Below, one piece after another: positions 56,721 to 64,000 of a stretch of 64,000 nt of DNA (positions are counted from its first letter, which is position 1; each line of letters begins with the position of its first letter). The position numbers and the translations under genes are program-made. The notes below the pieces were generated by a model. It had not been told where the DNA came from, did not search any database, and saw nothing but the letters and a program-made list of their open reading frames with translations. The stretch is from NCBI GenBank assembly GCA_963787975.1, contig CAWBEU010000007.1, positions 429,926 to 493,925 of the forward strand. Direction: 5' to 3'. Source of the stretch: an uncultured Thermoplasmata archaeon (lineage in GTDB: Archaea > Thermoplasmatota > Thermoplasmata > Lutacidiplasmatales > UBA184).

Positions 56721-56912
56721 ATGCCGAGCAAGAAGACGCTCCACATCGAGTCGAGCGGCCAGATTTGCATCTACTGCGGCGCCTGCGTCGGCATCTGCCC
56801 CCTCAACTGCATCTACTTGGACGAGACCCGCATCACGTTCGACGAGAAGATCTGTACACGGTGCGAGATCTGCGTGCGCGCCTGTCCTGTCGGCGCCATC
56901 GCCATTGGGTGA
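56721..56912 (+). CDS. 2x[4Fe-4S] ferredoxin (64 aa)
   Basis: CIYCGACVGICP and CTRCEICVRACP are two CxxCxxCxxxCP clusters. Sits immediately upstream of the geranylgeranyl reductase gene. Confidence 0.75.
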   Translation: MPSKKTLHIESSGQICIYCGACVGICPLNCIYLDETRITFDEKICTRCEICVRACPVGAIAIG

Positions 56913-56940
56913 GCGTCGTCTCGCAAGGGGGAAACCGGCA

Positions 56941-58131
56941 ATGCAGAACCTGAAGACCGACGTTCTGGTCATCGGGGCCGGGCCCGCGGGCTCGATGACC
57001 GCCAAGTGGGCGGCGAAGATGGGCGCTAAGACCCTGATGATCGAGAAGCGCCAGGAGATCGGCTCTCCGGTGCGCTGCGGCGAGGGGATGAGCAAGGCCT
57101 GGCTCGCGGACGTCGGGATCAAGCCCTCCTCCCGCTGGATCAACCTCGAGGTCGAGGGCGCCCGGATCTACTCTCCCTCCGAGAAGGTCCTTGAGATCAA
57201 CGAGAAACACGCCGGCAACGAGGTCGGATACGTCGTGGAACGGGACTCCTTCGACAAGCAGCTCGCCATCGACGCGGCGAACGAGGGCGTCGAGGTGCTG
57301 CTGAAGACCGCCGCCATCAACCTGCTGCGCGACGACGGCCGCTTCATCGGCGTCACCGCCAAGCACTTCGGCCAGACGTTCGAGATTCGCGCGCCGGTCA
57401 TCATCGGCGCGGACGGCTTCGAATCCCAGGTTGGACGGTGGGCCGGACTTCCCACGAACCTTCAGCTCCGGGACATGGACTCCTGCATCCAGTACCGGAT
57501 GACGAACGTCGACTCCGACGTCCGGTACTGCGACTTCTATCTGGGCAAGGTGGCACCGGGCGGCTATGTCTGGATCTTCCCGAAGGCCGAAGGGCTGGCC
57601 AACGTGGGCATCGGCGTACAGGTCTCGAAGCTCCACAACCCGGCCGACGTGAAGATGTACCTCGACAAGTGGATCGCCGAGCACCCCGGCTACGCGAAGG
57701 GCAAGAAGATCGACATGGTCGGCGGCGGAGTTTCGATCTCGGCGCCGATGAAGCAGACGGTCGCCAACGGCATCATGCTGGTCGGCGACGCCGCCCGCAT
57801 GATCGACCCGCTGACGGGGGGCGGCATCGCGAACGGGTGCATCGCCGGCAAGATCGCCGGAGAGGTCGCGGCCCAGGCGGTCACGGCGAACGACGCGTCG
57901 AAGGAGTTCCTCCAGACCTACGAGAAAGGTTGGCGGGCGAAGCTCGAGGACAAGCTCTACCGCAACTGGCTCGCCAAGGAGAAGCTCGTCACCCTACCGG
58001 ACGAGACCTTCGACAAGATCATCGACGCGCTGCAGGGCGTCAAGCTCGAGAAACTCTCGGTGCTCAACATCCTCAAGGCGGTTCACGACAAATATCCCGA
58101 AGTCACGAAGGAGTTCGAGGCGTTCCTGTAG
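56941..58131 (+). CDS. Digeranylgeranylglycerophospholipid (geranylgeranyl) reductase family flavoprotein
   Basis: VLVIGAGPAGSMTA, RCGEG, YVWIFPK and LVGDAARMIDPLTGGGIANG are geranylgeranyl reductase signatures. Archaeal membrane-lipid saturation enzyme by family assignment. Confidence 0.8.
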   Translation: MQNLKTDVLVIGAGPAGSMTAKWAAKMGAKTLMIEKRQEIGSPVRCGEGMSKAWLADVGIKPSSRWINLEVEGARIYSPSEKVLEINEKHAGNEVGYVVERDSFDKQLAIDAANEGVEVLLKTAAINLLRDDGRFIGVTAKHFGQTFEIRAPVIIGADGFESQVGRWAGLPTNLQLRDMDSCIQYRMTNVDSDVRYCDFYLGKVAPGGYVWIFPKAEGLANVGIGVQVSKLHNPADVKMYLDKWIAEHPGYAKGKKIDMVGGGVSISAPMKQTVANGIMLVGDAARMIDPLTGGGIANGCIAGKIAGEVAAQAVTANDASKEFLQTYEKGWRAKLEDKLYRNWLAKEKLVTLPDETFDKIIDALQGVKLEKLSVLNILKAVHDKYPEVTKEFEAFL

Positions 58132-58147
58132 GAACGCGGAGCGGCTC

Positions 58148-58792
58148 ATGCCCGGCGCACCGAACAAGCCTCCCCCCATGGAGGCGCCACCTACCCCGAT
58201 ATCGCCCCCCGCCGGGGACAAGAGACAGCACGCGCTCCGCCGCCTTGCCCCGGCCCGGCTGGTGCTCCGGCTCTCGATCTGGCGAGGTGCTCCGAACGCC
58301 GACCTGGTGAAGCCGCTCGAACGCGTCGCGGCGACGCTCGCCGCAGGCGAGTTTCCCGACGCCGAGAAAGCGCTCGACCAGTTCTCGGTGCGGCTCGCCG
58401 AACCCCGCTGGCCTACGATCCCTGAACCTTGGATCCGGCTCCGTACTGCGATTCCCGCGCCGCAGCCGCCGCACTGGGATCCCGATTTCAAGCTTACCCC
58501 GGCCGACCGCGAGGCGAAGAAGAACCGCGAGTGGGCCCGCAATCAACTGCTCCTCGCCAAGGGGGCGTTGGAACTCGCGCCGAGCCTCGGCGTGGACCTG
58601 ACCGACGTGCAGTCGTGCGTTGCCGAGGCGCAGACCGTCTTCGACCGCGACGGCGCCACCGACGAATTTTGGGCGCTTCTCGACCGACTCTGGGACGCCG
58701 TCCAGAGCCGCGTTCCGCTCCCGTCGCCGGCGGCGGCCCGCGCCGCACCGCCGGCGAAGCTACCCCCGGGCATCGAGCCCGAGGAAGCCTAG
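58148..58792 (+). CDS. Hypothetical protein
   Basis: 214-aa ORF with no recognisable motifs. Pro-rich termini. Confidence 0.3.
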   Translation: MPGAPNKPPPMEAPPTPISPPAGDKRQHALRRLAPARLVLRLSIWRGAPNADLVKPLERVAATLAAGEFPDAEKALDQFSVRLAEPRWPTIPEPWIRLRTAIPAPQPPHWDPDFKLTPADREAKKNREWARNQLLLAKGALELAPSLGVDLTDVQSCVAEAQTVFDRDGATDEFWALLDRLWDAVQSRVPLPSPAAARAAPPAKLPPGIEPEEA

Positions 58793-58853
58793 CATCGACC
58801 CGGGACCCACCCCCGTGGGCCTTATGGCTCCGGACTCTCCCCTCTCTCGACCC

Positions 58854-59903
58854 ATGCAGAGCCCGCTGCGATCCCCCCACGGTACTTTCTCGATCGTCGC
58901 GTGGGATCCCCACCGAGGAGAATGGGGGGTCGCCCTCCAATCGAAATTCATCGCCGCCGGAGCCGTGGTGCCCTGGGGGCAAGCGGGCGTCGGTGTGCTC
59001 GCCACGCAGGCCATGTCGGATGGGTCCCAGGGACCCAAGGGACTCGAGCTGTTACGGAAGGGTCTCTCCGCTCCCGAGGTCGTGGCACGACTGAGCAAGG
59101 AGTCGCCGGACCGCGACGACATCCAGATCGGGGTAGTCGATGGAAAGGGACGCGCTGCCGCCTTCACGGGTTCGCGGTGCCTCGAGTGGGCGGGCCACGT
59201 GGTCGGAGACGGGTATGCGTGCCAGGGGAACATCCTGTTCTCGGCCGAGGTCGTCCACGCGATGGCGCGGACCTTCGAGACCACCCCCGGCGATCTTCCC
59301 GAGCGGTTGCTCGCGGCGCTGGTCGCGGGCCAGCGCGAAGGGGGGGACCGACGTGGAATGCAGTCCGCCGCGCTGCTCGTGTGGAAGGAACGGGGCGGCT
59401 ACCGCGGGGGCCTCGACCGCTGGGTCGACGTGCGGGTCGACGACCACGCCACCCCGATAGAGGAGCTCGACCGGATCTTCCGGATATACGACATGACCCT
59501 GCTGGCACGGGAGGACCCCGCCTCGCTGCGCCCCCTCGATCCCGAGACCGTCATGTCTGTCCAGCGATCGCTCGGAGTGCTCGGATTTCTCTTGGGCCCG
59601 AAGACCGGCACGTGGGACACCGCGACCGCGAAGGCGTTCGCGAAGTTCGTGAGCGAGCACAATTTCGAGAACAAGGTCCGGACGGACGGCAAGATCTGGC
59701 CCTCGATCGTGCGCTATTTAGATATGAAGAGCGCCGAGGAGCTCGCTCGACGCGAGACCATGGCACCGATCCGCCCCGGTGCGCTCGACCAAGGCCCCGG
59801 CGGCGGAGCGCACGGCGCTCCGCCCACGCGTCCGCCCGGAGGTGGAAGTCCATCGTCGACGCCCCCGAACGAGAAACCACATCGCCGGCACAGATCCAAG
59901 TGA
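58854..59903 (+). CDS. DUF1028 (Ntn-hydrolase-like) domain protein with a C-terminal peptidoglycan-binding-like (PG_binding_1) domain
   Basis: Likely start MQSPLRSPHGTFSIVAWDP (DUF1028 N-terminus). C-terminal QRSLGVLGFLLGPKTGTWDTATAKAFAKFVSEHNF matches the PG_binding_1 helical motif. Coordinates of the 3' end are taken from the ORF track; my manual base counting was off by one there. Confidence 0.6.
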   Translation: MQSPLRSPHGTFSIVAWDPHRGEWGVALQSKFIAAGAVVPWGQAGVGVLATQAMSDGSQGPKGLELLRKGLSAPEVVARLSKESPDRDDIQIGVVDGKGRAAAFTGSRCLEWAGHVVGDGYACQGNILFSAEVVHAMARTFETTPGDLPERLLAALVAGQREGGDRRGMQSAALLVWKERGGYRGGLDRWVDVRVDDHATPIEELDRIFRIYDMTLLAREDPASLRPLDPETVMSVQRSLGVLGFLLGPKTGTWDTATAKAFAKFVSEHNFENKVRTDGKIWPSIVRYLDMKSAEELARRETMAPIRPGALDQGPGGGAHGAPPTRPPGGGSPSSTPPNEKPHRRHRSK

Positions 59904-60157
59904 ACCTGCGCCGGCAGTACAGCTCGCCGGCGGAGGCGCGTCGGCTGGCCGCCGCCGTGGAGGCGGACCATCCCGACGGACTCACGTGGCGTGTGCGGGG
60001 TCGCGTGCTCGAGTTCGACTTCACAGCCCGCACGCCGGAAAGCGCGCGCGCGACCTCGGACGACCTGCTGGCGTGCTTGTCGGCGGCGGAGAGGACCGGC
60101 GAGGTCATCCCGAAGCGACGGACCGGGCCCGCGCGAGCGTCGCCAATCGATCGGTGA
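59900..60157 (+). CDS. Pcc1-like KEOPS-complex subunit (85 aa), GTG start overlapping the upstream stop (GTGA)
   Basis: VNLRRQYSSPAEARRLAAAVEADHPDGLTWRVRGRVLEFDFTARTPESARATSDDLLACLSAAERTGEV follows the Pcc1 pattern (F.S.E.A..L....D......V.G..L...F.A.T..S.RAT.DDLL). Not reported as a separate ORF in the track. Confidence 0.45.
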   Translation: MNLRRQYSSPAEARRLAAAVEADHPDGLTWRVRGRVLEFDFTARTPESARATSDDLLACLSAAERTGEVIPKRRTGPARASPIDR

Positions 60158-61166
60158 GCCGCGGCAGCACCTCGGCCCATCCGCCGACGATGCCCACGTC
60201 CACTCGGCCGAAAACGGGTGCCGCGGGGTCCGGATTTATGGCGACGAGCACTCGCGTCCGCCGGAGACCGATGAGATGGTTGCCGGCGCCGCTGACTCCG
60301 ACCAGGACCGCCAGGTCCGCCGCGACGCTGGTACCGGTCAGGCCCACCTGTTGGCCGCCGGGAAGCCACCCGGCATCGACGACGCGGCGCGTCCCACCCA
60401 GCGCAGCGTTCCAGGCCGAGAGGGTGGGCTGAAGGGCGGGCAGGTTCTCCGCGCCTCCCATTCCCATTCCGGCGATCAGGACGACGCGCGCCGAGTTCAG
60501 GTCCCCCCACTGCGGATCGTGTTCCCCGCCGCTGTCGATAAGGTCGGGCTCACGGTCCGAAGTCACCCCCGGAAATTTCTGAGGCGTGATCGGCGACGCG
60601 GTGGGGTCCTCCGACCAGAGAAACGCACCAGGCCGCACGGTGGCAAGACTCGGCCGGGTCTGGGAGTGGATGCTCGCCACGAGCCCGCCGCCGAACGCGG
60701 GCTTTCTCCAGATCAGCTCCCCGGCGGCGTTCGCCGAGACGCCCACGGCGTCCCCGGTCAGACCGAGTCCTCGTCGGGCCGCGAGCTGTCCCCCGACGTC
60801 GCGGCCGAACGCATGGGCCAGCACGACCATCCCGGCGAGCGACGGACGAGACCCGAGGAGTTGGTCCAGCGCACGCGCGACGGTTCGCGAGCCGACGTAG
60901 GGACGGTCCGTCGGAATCAAGTATCCCCGGTCCGCCCCCGATCTCGCAACGGCCGCCCGCTCCGACTCGCTGGGTGCCTGGCCGACCCAGACCACGGAGG
61001 GCCAGACGTGCGAGCCCCAGCGGCGGAGCTCGGAGACCACCCCGAAGCTCGCCGGATCCGTCGCGCCGGTCGGACCGGATACTAGGACCAGCACCTCCCG
61101 GTCGTCGGGCAGCGAGGCTGCGCGCGGGGGAAGGAGAGCCGGACGGGCCGGTGGCACTCGGAGCAT
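60105..61166 (-). CDS. etfA: Electron transfer flavoprotein alpha subunit
   Basis: C-terminal FAD-binding signature VGVSGAGNHLIG...VLVAINPDPAAPVF. 353 aa. Confidence 0.8.
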   Translation of the reverse strand: MLRVPPARPALLPPRAASLPDDREVLVLVSGPTGATDPASFGVVSELRRWGSHVWPSVVWVGQAPSESERAAVARSGADRGYLIPTDRPYVGSRTVARALDQLLGSRPSLAGMVVLAHAFGRDVGGQLAARRGLGLTGDAVGVSANAAGELIWRKPAFGGGLVASIHSQTRPSLATVRPGAFLWSEDPTASPITPQKFPGVTSDREPDLIDSGGEHDPQWGDLNSARVVLIAGMGMGGAENLPALQPTLSAWNAALGGTRRVVDAGWLPGGQQVGLTGTSVAADLAVLVGVSGAGNHLIGLRRTRVLVAINPDPAAPVFGRVDVGIVGGWAEVLPRLTDRLATLARARSVASG

Positions 61167-61255
61167 TGTTTCGATGACCGACGCGGCGCTCTCGATCCGG
61201 ACGTCGAGCTCTGCCTCCGCGAAGACCTGAGGATGCCGTTCTGGTTCCTCGTTTT

Positions 61256-61939
61256 CTACGGCACGTACGCGCGTCGGAGATCCTCGAGGCCTACGGACTC
61301 GGCCGCAAGCCCCAGCTCACGAACCCCGCGGATCTCCACGGTCATCTCGAGGGCCCGAGCGCTTTCGGCCGGGGTGGGTTTGCGGGCTTTGCGCAAGATC
61401 CGCTCGTTCACCGCCACCACCCCGGGAGGCGAGAACCGGAAACGATTCCACCCGACGCCGGTCTCCGTGACGGCCTCGAGGACGTCGCCATCCGGGGCTC
61501 GGGTCAGGCTCCGGGCGGAGGTGAGCACGGGGGCGTCGAGGAGGGCCGCCACTTCCGGCCCGACCTGCCCGGTGTCGGAGTCGATGGACCGCTCGCCGGC
61601 CAGGACCAGGTCGTGCCCGACGGTCCGCAGCGCGGCGTGAAGCACGCGGGCGGTCACGAGGGTATCGGACCCGGCCAGGGCCCGGTCGGTGACGAGCACT
61701 ACCCGGTCCGCACCTAAGGCGAATGTTTCCCGGAGCTGGACCTCGGCTTCCGGTAGGCCCATGGAGAGTACTGTAACGTGTTCGCCGGGGCGCCTCAGTT
61801 GAACGGCGATTCGGACGGCGCGGCTATCGTTGGGATTCAGAAAGGATTGGACGCCGGTCCGGATCAGGGTCTTCCGCTCGGGGTCGAAATGAAGCTGCTC
61901 GACGGCGGGGACTACCTTGACGAGCACCGCGAAATCCAT
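61256..61939 (-). CDS. etfB: Electron transfer flavoprotein beta subunit
   Basis: MDFAVLVKVVPAVEQLHFDPE matches the EtfB N-terminus. Located upstream of etfA on the same strand. Confidence 0.8.
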   Translation of the reverse strand: MDFAVLVKVVPAVEQLHFDPERKTLIRTGVQSFLNPNDSRAVRIAVQLRRPGEHVTVLSMGLPEAEVQLRETFALGADRVVLVTDRALAGSDTLVTARVLHAALRTVGHDLVLAGERSIDSDTGQVGPEVAALLDAPVLTSARSLTRAPDGDVLEAVTETGVGWNRFRFSPPGVVAVNERILRKARKPTPAESARALEMTVEIRGVRELGLAAESVGLEDLRRAYVP

Positions 61940-62096
61940 CGAGGGACCTGAGGACGCTTCCACGCGTCGAAGGTGTAATTACCGTTGCCCGTTCGCGAGA
62001 GCGTCCCCGGATCCCCTATGGGTCTCCCTACCAATCGAGCGAACGAACCACCGCCGGAGAAGGTCGCGTCGCTCGCCGCGTACTTCGCGGCCGTCA

Positions 62097-63011
62097 GTGA
62101 TCACGGTCCTCGCGATCCTGAGCCAGTACTTCCTCCCGCAACTCGTGCCGGCCGTCCGGCCGGTGTACGCCACGCTGGCGACGGGCCTCCTGGTCATCTA
62201 CGGGATTCCAATCCTCGCCTTTGTCCTCCTGGTGGGCATCGGACCCCTGCGACGGTTCTTCTCGAACCCTGGGTCCGCCGTGGTCGAGGGCCTCCGATGG
62301 TACGGGGCGATGTCCATCTTGGGCCTGTTGGCGGCGTTTACAATCGTGGCGGTACTGTCCGCCATCGATCCTTCGGCCGTTTCTCAGCTGAGCAGGCTCA
62401 GCCCCCCTCTGGTTGCAGCAGAGTCCGACCCGTGGTTCTGGGTCGGGTTCTCTTTCGTCATCGGCATCGTCGAGGAGACGATCTTTCGGGGATGGATCTT
62501 CGGCTACTGGCTCCTGCGGAGTCCATCCCAGTGGTTCGTTCACGCCGTGTGGACCAGCCTGCTCTTCGCGAGCATGCATCTGTACTACGGGAACACCTAC
62601 GGGCTCGCGTCGGGTGTCGCGTTCGCGGAACTTTTCTTCGCGGGGCTCGGCTTCGCGTTCGCGGTCCGTTACTCCCGGGGAAACCTTCTCGTCGTGGGAT
62701 TGCTCCACGGCGCACACGACGCGCTGAGCTTCTCCACGCTGGTCTGGAAACCGTTCGGCATCGAGTTGTACTACCTCCTGATCCTTGTCGGAGCGTTCGT
62801 CTTCCTCGCGGTGTTCCTCCGGCAGCGTCAGGTGGCCCAACGCGGACCGATGATCCCCTGGGAGATGGGCCAGACCCCAGCCCCGGCGGCCCCAGTGTTC
62901 CCCGGGGGAAATCCGGCCATCCGCTGGCCACCGCCACCCTCCGATCCCTACGACCGTCCTCCGCTTCCTTCGCCGCCTCCCCCGGGGGACCCGGGGCCCC
63001 CCTCGGGGTAG
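62097..63011 (+). CDS. CPBP-family (CAAX/Abi) intramembrane metalloprotease with a Pro-rich C-terminal tail
   Basis: Probable GTG start at 62097 (VITVLAILSQYF). EETIFRGW, FASMHLYYG and LLHGAHDALSF are CPBP motifs 1-3. Tail ...PPLPSPPPPGDPGPPSG. Confidence 0.65.
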   Translation: MITVLAILSQYFLPQLVPAVRPVYATLATGLLVIYGIPILAFVLLVGIGPLRRFFSNPGSAVVEGLRWYGAMSILGLLAAFTIVAVLSAIDPSAVSQLSRLSPPLVAAESDPWFWVGFSFVIGIVEETIFRGWIFGYWLLRSPSQWFVHAVWTSLLFASMHLYYGNTYGLASGVAFAELFFAGLGFAFAVRYSRGNLLVVGLLHGAHDALSFSTLVWKPFGIELYYLLILVGAFVFLAVFLRQRQVAQRGPMIPWEMGQTPAPAAPVFPGGNPAIRWPPPPSDPYDRPPLPSPPPPGDPGPPSG

Positions 63012-63066
63012 CGAACCTCCGGCTCCCGACACTCTTTTCGAGGGTGCCGGCGTGTTTCTCCGCGCG

Positions 63067-63522
63067 ATGGCGACCGATGACGAGACTCGAGAACTCCTCC
63101 GAAGGACGCGGACCATCGCGGTGGTAGGTCTCTCCGACAGGCCGGACCGGGATTCGAACGGCGTCGCCCGGTACCTGCTGAGCCAAGGCTACGAGATCTT
63201 CCCGGTAAACCCCCACCTGACCGAAGTGCTTGGACGCCGAGCGTTTCCCTCCCTTCGCGATGTTCCGGCGGAACGCCGCATCGATATCGTCGACATCTTC
63301 CGGCGCAGCGACCAGGTCGCGCCGGTGGTCGACGAGGCCATCGCTCGGGGCGTCGGAGCTATCTGGATGCAGCTCGGGGTCCAGAACGAAGCGGCGGCCG
63401 ACGCCGCGCGAGCCCACGGGATTCGGGTCTACCAGAATCTGTGCATCATGCAGGAGCATCGTCGACTCCGCATCGGACGCATCCCAGACCGTCCGCGGGC
63501 CGTGCTCTCCCAAGACTCTTGA
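63067..63522 (+). CDS. CoA-binding domain protein (YccU-like)
   Basis: MATDDETRELLRRTRTIAVVGLSDRPDRDSNGVARYLLSQGYEIFPVNP is the CoA-binding Rossmann-like motif. Confidence 0.7.
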   Translation: MATDDETRELLRRTRTIAVVGLSDRPDRDSNGVARYLLSQGYEIFPVNPHLTEVLGRRAFPSLRDVPAERRIDIVDIFRRSDQVAPVVDEAIARGVGAIWMQLGVQNEAAADAARAHGIRVYQNLCIMQEHRRLRIGRIPDRPRAVLSQDS

Positions 63523-63549
63523 ACCTTGGAGGTTCGAGTAGCCCGTCGC

Positions 63550-64000
63550 ATGGCTGCCGCCACTCCCGCCGCACCCGCCCCACCGGCGAGACCCGGTCCG
63601 ACGCCCGCGGTGGTCGCCTCCCCGCCGACGGCGGCCCCCCCTCTCTCGGGGTCTCTTCGGCTGATCGGGACCAGTCGCGTTCCCAGCGTCCGTACGCTCG
63701 ACTGGGTGGCGCGGGGATTCACGAAGGTGGCGGGGGATGTCGAGATAGGCACGGGGAATGTCACCGGCTCGATGGCCGTCGGAGGCAAGCTCGTCGCACG
63801 ACAGCTGGACCTCTCCGGGTCGCACCGGATCGATGGCGAGGTTCGACTTTCCGAAGACCTCCGCACCCGCGGAACCTTCCGTACGGGCGCCGGCGTATCC
63901 GCGCGGAGCGCCCAGCTGACCGGCACCGTAGAGATCGGAGGCACCCTCACCGTCGCGGAGCTTCTCCGATGGAACGGCTCGCTCGAGGTCGGCCACGATG
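63550..64000 (+). CDS. Bactofilin-like (beta-helix polymer-forming) protein, 3'-partial at window end
   Basis: ATG at 63550. Pro/Ala-rich N-terminus, then repetitive G.V.G..V.G segments (VAGDVEIGTGNVTGSMAVGGKLVARQLDLSGSHRIDGEVRLS...TGTVEIGGTLTV) typical of bactofilin beta-helices. Confidence 0.45.
   Translation, partial: MAAATPAAPAPPARPGPTPAVVASPPTAAPPLSGSLRLIGTSRVPSVRTLDWVARGFTKVAGDVEIGTGNVTGSMAVGGKLVARQLDLSGSHRIDGEVRLSEDLRTRGTFRTGAGVSARSAQLTGTVEIGGTLTVAELLRWNGSLEVGHD

Noticed and set aside
1-64000. CRISPR arrays, rRNA/tRNA genes, transposases or integrases
   Set aside because: No regularly spaced direct repeats and no transposase/integrase-like ORFs were seen. Intergenic spacers are short and do not show obvious tRNA-like acceptor / T-loop structure, though tRNAs cannot be fully excluded without a scan.

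Overview
This ~64 kb window is about 65-67% GC and is densely coding. Several features suggest an archaeon (inference): a digeranylgeranylglycerophospholipid reductase gene next to a 4Fe-4S ferredoxin, a small Pcc1-like KEOPS gene, TATA-box-like AT islands directly upstream of likely leaderless genes, and large secreted proteins and ABC substrate-binding proteins that are rich in N-x-S/T sequons and anchored by a single C-terminal transmembrane helix.

The main content is a protein and amine catabolic accessory region:
- **Surface proteins.** A giant pro-kumamolisin/S53 (sedolisin-like) peptidase and a Kelch/PKD protein.
- **Cytoplasmic hydrolases.** A gamma-glutamyltransferase, two Amidohydro_2 paralogs and an arginase-family gene.
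- **Peptide transport.** A complete Dpp/Opp-type ABC system (substrate-binding protein, two ATPases, two permeases), plus a second substrate-binding protein and a second permease pair.
- **Catabolic array.** Five paralogous PYROXD2/CrtI-like FAD (amine-oxidase fold) oxidoreductases, each beside a different partner enzyme: two tandem Rieske oxygenase alpha subunits, three class-III aminotransferases, two aldehyde dehydrogenases, the arginase-family gene, a cupin, and two saccharopine-dehydrogenase-like proteins.
- **Housekeeping-type genes.** EtfAB, thioredoxin reductase, a ZIP metal transporter, a glycogen-debranching-type glucosidase with an ABC-2 exporter, and a CPBP protease.

At least eight genes carry single-base indels in G/C runs: one Amidohydro_2 paralog, three of the five oxidoreductase paralogs, the arginase-family gene, one aldehyde dehydrogenase (twice) and the ABC-2 ATPase. 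This points to homopolymer sequencing errors or to pseudogenisation and should be checked against reads.

No rRNA, CRISPR array, transposase or integrase was recognised; tRNAs were not excluded.
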